Origin: an uncultured Verrucomicrobiae bacterium
Lineage (GTDB): Bacteria > Verrucomicrobiota > Verrucomicrobiia > Chthoniobacterales > Terrimicrobiaceae
Reading direction: 5' to 3'
DNA: 64,000 nt
NCBI GenBank assembly: GCA_963706955.1
Contig: CAVPOC010000008.1
Span: 576,001 to 640,000, forward strand
A program made the translations under genes and the position numbers. The notes under the pieces were generated by a model, which saw only the letters and a list, made by a program, of their open reading frames with translations, ran no database searches and was not told where the DNA came from. Positions 60,934 through 64,000 of the stretch are shown one piece after another; within the stretch, counting starts at the first letter, position 1, and every line of letters starts with the position of its first letter.

Positions 60934-62106
60934 GTGAAAATTTGCGACCTCACGCAGTTCTACTCACCAGTGAGCGGAGGCGTGCGGCGCTACGTAGAGC
61001 AGAAGGTGGCTTTCGTGCGCAAGGCACGCCCCGACTTCCAGCATATTCTGGTTGTCCCGGGGGAGGCCACTACCTGCACCGGTGACGACATTTCCCGCGT
61101 CTACACGATCGCTTCGCCCCTCATTTCTAGGACATCTCGTTACCGCGCTCTCCTCAAGCTTCACCTCGTTGAAGAAGTCCTGGAACGGGAAAAGCCGGAC
61201 ATCATCGAATCGGGCGACCCTTATCAACTCGCTTGGAAAGCGATCGCCTCAGGGCGCGGGCTCGATATCCCCGTAGTAGGCTTCTACCATTCTCACTTTC
61301 CCGAGGCTTATATTCGCTCGGTCGCCAAATACTTTGGATCGATCGCCATCGCCATTGCCGAAGACGCCAGCCGTCGCTACGTAAGAAGTCTTTATAACAG
61401 CCTGGAGCGCACCTTCGTCCCGAGCCCAGTTCTTGCATCGCTCCTGCGCGATTGGGGCGTCGAGCGCGTTGTCAGCATTGACTTGGGAGTGGATGCCGAG
61501 GTGTTCTGTCCGAATGGTGGTCCTTCCAGAGTCTTGCGACGGGAACTCCGGATTCCCGACGAACGTCGACTGCTTCTCTACGTCGGGCGCCTGGCGTCAG
61601 AGAAGAATGTCCGCACTCTTTTTGGGGCTTTTGAAATTCTCCACCGAAAGACGCCTTACAAATACCATTTGCTGGCCGTCGGGGATGGCGCACTCCGACC
61701 AGCATTGGTGCGACTGCGCCGGGAAACTCAGTCGGTGACGTGGCTGCAATACTGCAGGGAACCGGCCGAATTGGCCTCCGTTTACCGCACATCAGACCTC
61801 TTCGTTCATCCTGGCATTCAGGAAACCTTTGGGCTGGTCACGCTCGAGAGTCAGGCATGCGGAACGCCCGTCGTCGGCATCCGCGGCAGCTATATGGACC
61901 GCATCATCTTTTCGAATCAACGCCATTGGGCAGCCGAAAACACACCATACTCCCTGGCGGATGCGATCGAGGCCAAATTCAGCGAAGACTTGCGCGAGAC
62001 CGGGCTGCTCGCGAGCAGGGCCGCGCGGGAGCACTATTCGTGGAATGTCGTCTTCGAGCGTATCTTTTCCTTCTACGAGGAGGTCATTGACTCCTTCACT
62101 AAGTAG
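60934..62106 (+). CDS. GT4-family glycosyltransferase
   Basis: SGGVRRY, YVGRLASEKN, ETFGLVTLESQACGTPVV. Confidence 0.9.
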   Translation: MKICDLTQFYSPVSGGVRRYVEQKVAFVRKARPDFQHILVVPGEATTCTGDDISRVYTIASPLISRTSRYRALLKLHLVEEVLEREKPDIIESGDPYQLAWKAIASGRGLDIPVVGFYHSHFPEAYIRSVAKYFGSIAIAIAEDASRRYVRSLYNSLERTFVPSPVLASLLRDWGVERVVSIDLGVDAEVFCPNGGPSRVLRRELRIPDERRLLLYVGRLASEKNVRTLFGAFEILHRKTPYKYHLLAVGDGALRPALVRLRRETQSVTWLQYCREPAELASVYRTSDLFVHPGIQETFGLVTLESQACGTPVVGIRGSYMDRIIFSNQRHWAAENTPYSLADAIEAKFSEDLRETGLLASRAAREHYSWNVVFERIFSFYEEVIDSFTK

Positions 62107-62181
62107 AAGACATGCCTCCGAGCAAGCCGCTGCTCTCTTTTCCATTTACCCCGCGCCATTGGCGACCTAGCTTTTCGCATC

Positions 62182-62829
62182 ATGCCTCCTGGAGTTGTTG
62201 TCCGCAATTTTGAGCGACGCGATCGGGACGACGTCCGTTTTCTATGCTGCCAGACAGGTTTCCTGGGCAAACCTATCGACCCGGTATTTCAAGATCGCGA
62301 GCTCTTCGCCGATTATCTGACAAGCTACTATACGGATCTGGAACCAGAATCGTGTTTTGTCCTCGAGCAGAACGGCCGTGTAGTTGGCTACCTCTTGGGC
62401 TCGCGAAAGCCTTACCGGCAACAGATTCACAGTTTCTTTCAGAATATTCGCCTATTCATCCGCGGCATCAGTAGATACCCGGGCTACAATCGACCTACAC
62501 GCGATTTCATCGGCTGGATCCTTCGCAACTCCTGGCGCGAAGTCCCTGCGGCGCCGCGACGGATCGCGCATTTCCATTTCAACGTTCTTCCCGAAGCGCA
62601 AAGTGTCGCCGGAACCGGCGCGATGATGAACGCCTACTTCGACTATCTGCGCTCAAAAGGTGAGAAAGCCGTCTTCGGACAGGTGGTCACCTTCGAATCG
62701 CGTCGCGGCGCAAAAGTGTTCGAGCGTTATGGCTTTCGCGTGGTCGAGAAGCGGGAGATAACAAAGTGGCGCGACAAGCATCCTGAGCCTGTCTATCTGA
62801 CGACCGTCATCAAGCAACTCACCTCGTGA
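62182..62829 (+). CDS. GNAT-family acetyltransferase
   Basis: YYTDLEPESCFVLE...VVGYLLG, AHFHFNVLPEAQ, FERYGF. Confidence 0.75.
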   Translation: MPPGVVVRNFERRDRDDVRFLCCQTGFLGKPIDPVFQDRELFADYLTSYYTDLEPESCFVLEQNGRVVGYLLGSRKPYRQQIHSFFQNIRLFIRGISRYPGYNRPTRDFIGWILRNSWREVPAAPRRIAHFHFNVLPEAQSVAGTGAMMNAYFDYLRSKGEKAVFGQVVTFESRRGAKVFERYGFRVVEKREITKWRDKHPEPVYLTTVIKQLTS

Positions 62830-62855
62830 AAGACTTCCCGTGAGGTGAGTCTAAG

Positions 62856-64000
62856 TCACCCGACGATGCCCACCGCTTCAAATTTGTCGGCGATGTGTCG
62901 AAAGTGGCGCTCTGGGGAGCAGGCCTGCGCGAGGTCCTCTTTGGTTAAATAGCGCGCCACTATCGGCTCGGCGGCGAGGTTATCCGTGAAGTTGCCATCC
63001 TGCTTTCCATGTCTTCATGGCCGCGCGCTGAACAGCTTCGTAGGCCTCTTGGCGATCCAGTCCTTTTTCGGTCAGCATGAGAAGAACGCTCTGGCTGGCA
63101 TAAAGCCCGCGGGTGATCTCCATGTTTCGCCTCATGTTCTCGGGATAGACCTGCAAGCCCTCGACGAGCCTCTGCAGAGTGACGAGCATGTAGTCCAGGA
63201 GCGTGCAGGAATCCGGCAGAATGATGCGCTCAACCGAGCTATGGCTGATATCGCGTTCGTGCCATAGGGCAACATTCTCGAGCGCTGCAGCCACATTTCC
63301 CCGGATCACCCGCGCCAACCCGCTCAAGCGTTCCCCGGTAATCGGATTGCGTTTGTGCGGCATGGCCGAGCTGCCCTTCTGGCCTGCGGCAAAATGCTCT
63401 TCAACTTCGAGCACCTCCGTCCGCTGCAGATGGCGAAACTCTGTCGCCCAACGATCAACTGAGCACGCGATCAGTCCGAGCACCGCTATGAATTCTGCAT
63501 GGCGGTCGCGCTGGATAATTTGGGTGGACAATGCTGCCGGTTTGAGACCGAGTTTCTCGCAAACCACTCGCTCGACACGCGGATCGAGGTGCGCATGCGT
63601 GCCAACCGCTCCGCTGATCTTGCCAACGCGGACGCGTTCGCGCATTTGGGTGAGACGCTGGGTGGCCCGCGAAAACTCATCGAACATCAGCGCCAGCTTC
63701 AATCCGAAGGTGATCGGCTCAGCGTGAATGCCGTGGCTGCGGCCGATCATCGGGGTAAACCTATGTTCGATGGCGCGTCGCGCGATTGCATCGCGCAAGT
63801 GATTCAGATCGTCGAGCAGGATGGCGCACGAAGCGTTCATTTGGAATGCCAGAGTCGTATCCAGCAGATCAGATGAGGTTAATCCCTGGTGGATCCAGCG
63901 CGCTTCAGGACCTACGCGGCGCGCGACATCCTCGAGAAAGGCAATAACATCGTGGTTTGTGCGCTTCTCGATCTCGTGGACACTTTCAAGGTCGAAAGCT
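62856..64000 (-). CDS. purB: Adenylosuccinate lyase, 5'-truncated by the window; frameshift near 63000
   Basis: TNHDVIAF, HQGLTSSDLLDT, GRSHGIHAEP, GSSAMPHKRNP; shifted frame continues ...ERHFRHIADKFEAVGIVG to a stop at 62856. Confidence 0.95.

Overview
GC-rich bacterial chromosome segment. Gene content and protein style suggest Verrucomicrobiota (Spartobacteria/Chthoniobacterales-like), but that placement is inference. About 26-64 kb is mostly housekeeping: rdgB, leuS, alr, actP, ffh-rpsP-khpA, tyrA-aroA-cmk-plsC, rpsT, tRNA(CAT), galK, two pilT-family ATPases, coaX, trxB and purB. The left part holds a MoxR ATPase, a type II glutamine synthetase, a mini-kinase/PP2C pair, tRNA-Arg, a tandem ISL3 pair, a TPR-DUF4331-HupE/UreJ cluster, a sugar ABC transporter with galM, and tRNA-Leu. 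The most unusual stretch is about 18.0-26.1 kb. It contains an operon of VAO/PCMH-family flavoprotein, FabF-like ketosynthase lacking both catalytic histidines, kinase-less GAF-type sensor and double ribbon-helix-helix protein. Next to it are an intact IS607-type serine recombinase with its catalytic residues replaced and no tnpB, a solo LuxR-type regulator with three pseudo-palindromic boxes at and upstream of its start, and a receiver-less LytTR protein. I interpret this as a candidate undescribed small-molecule signalling/regulatory module. Many single-base frameshifts, including one in purB, point to assembly indel errors. All family assignments come from motif recognition, not database searches.
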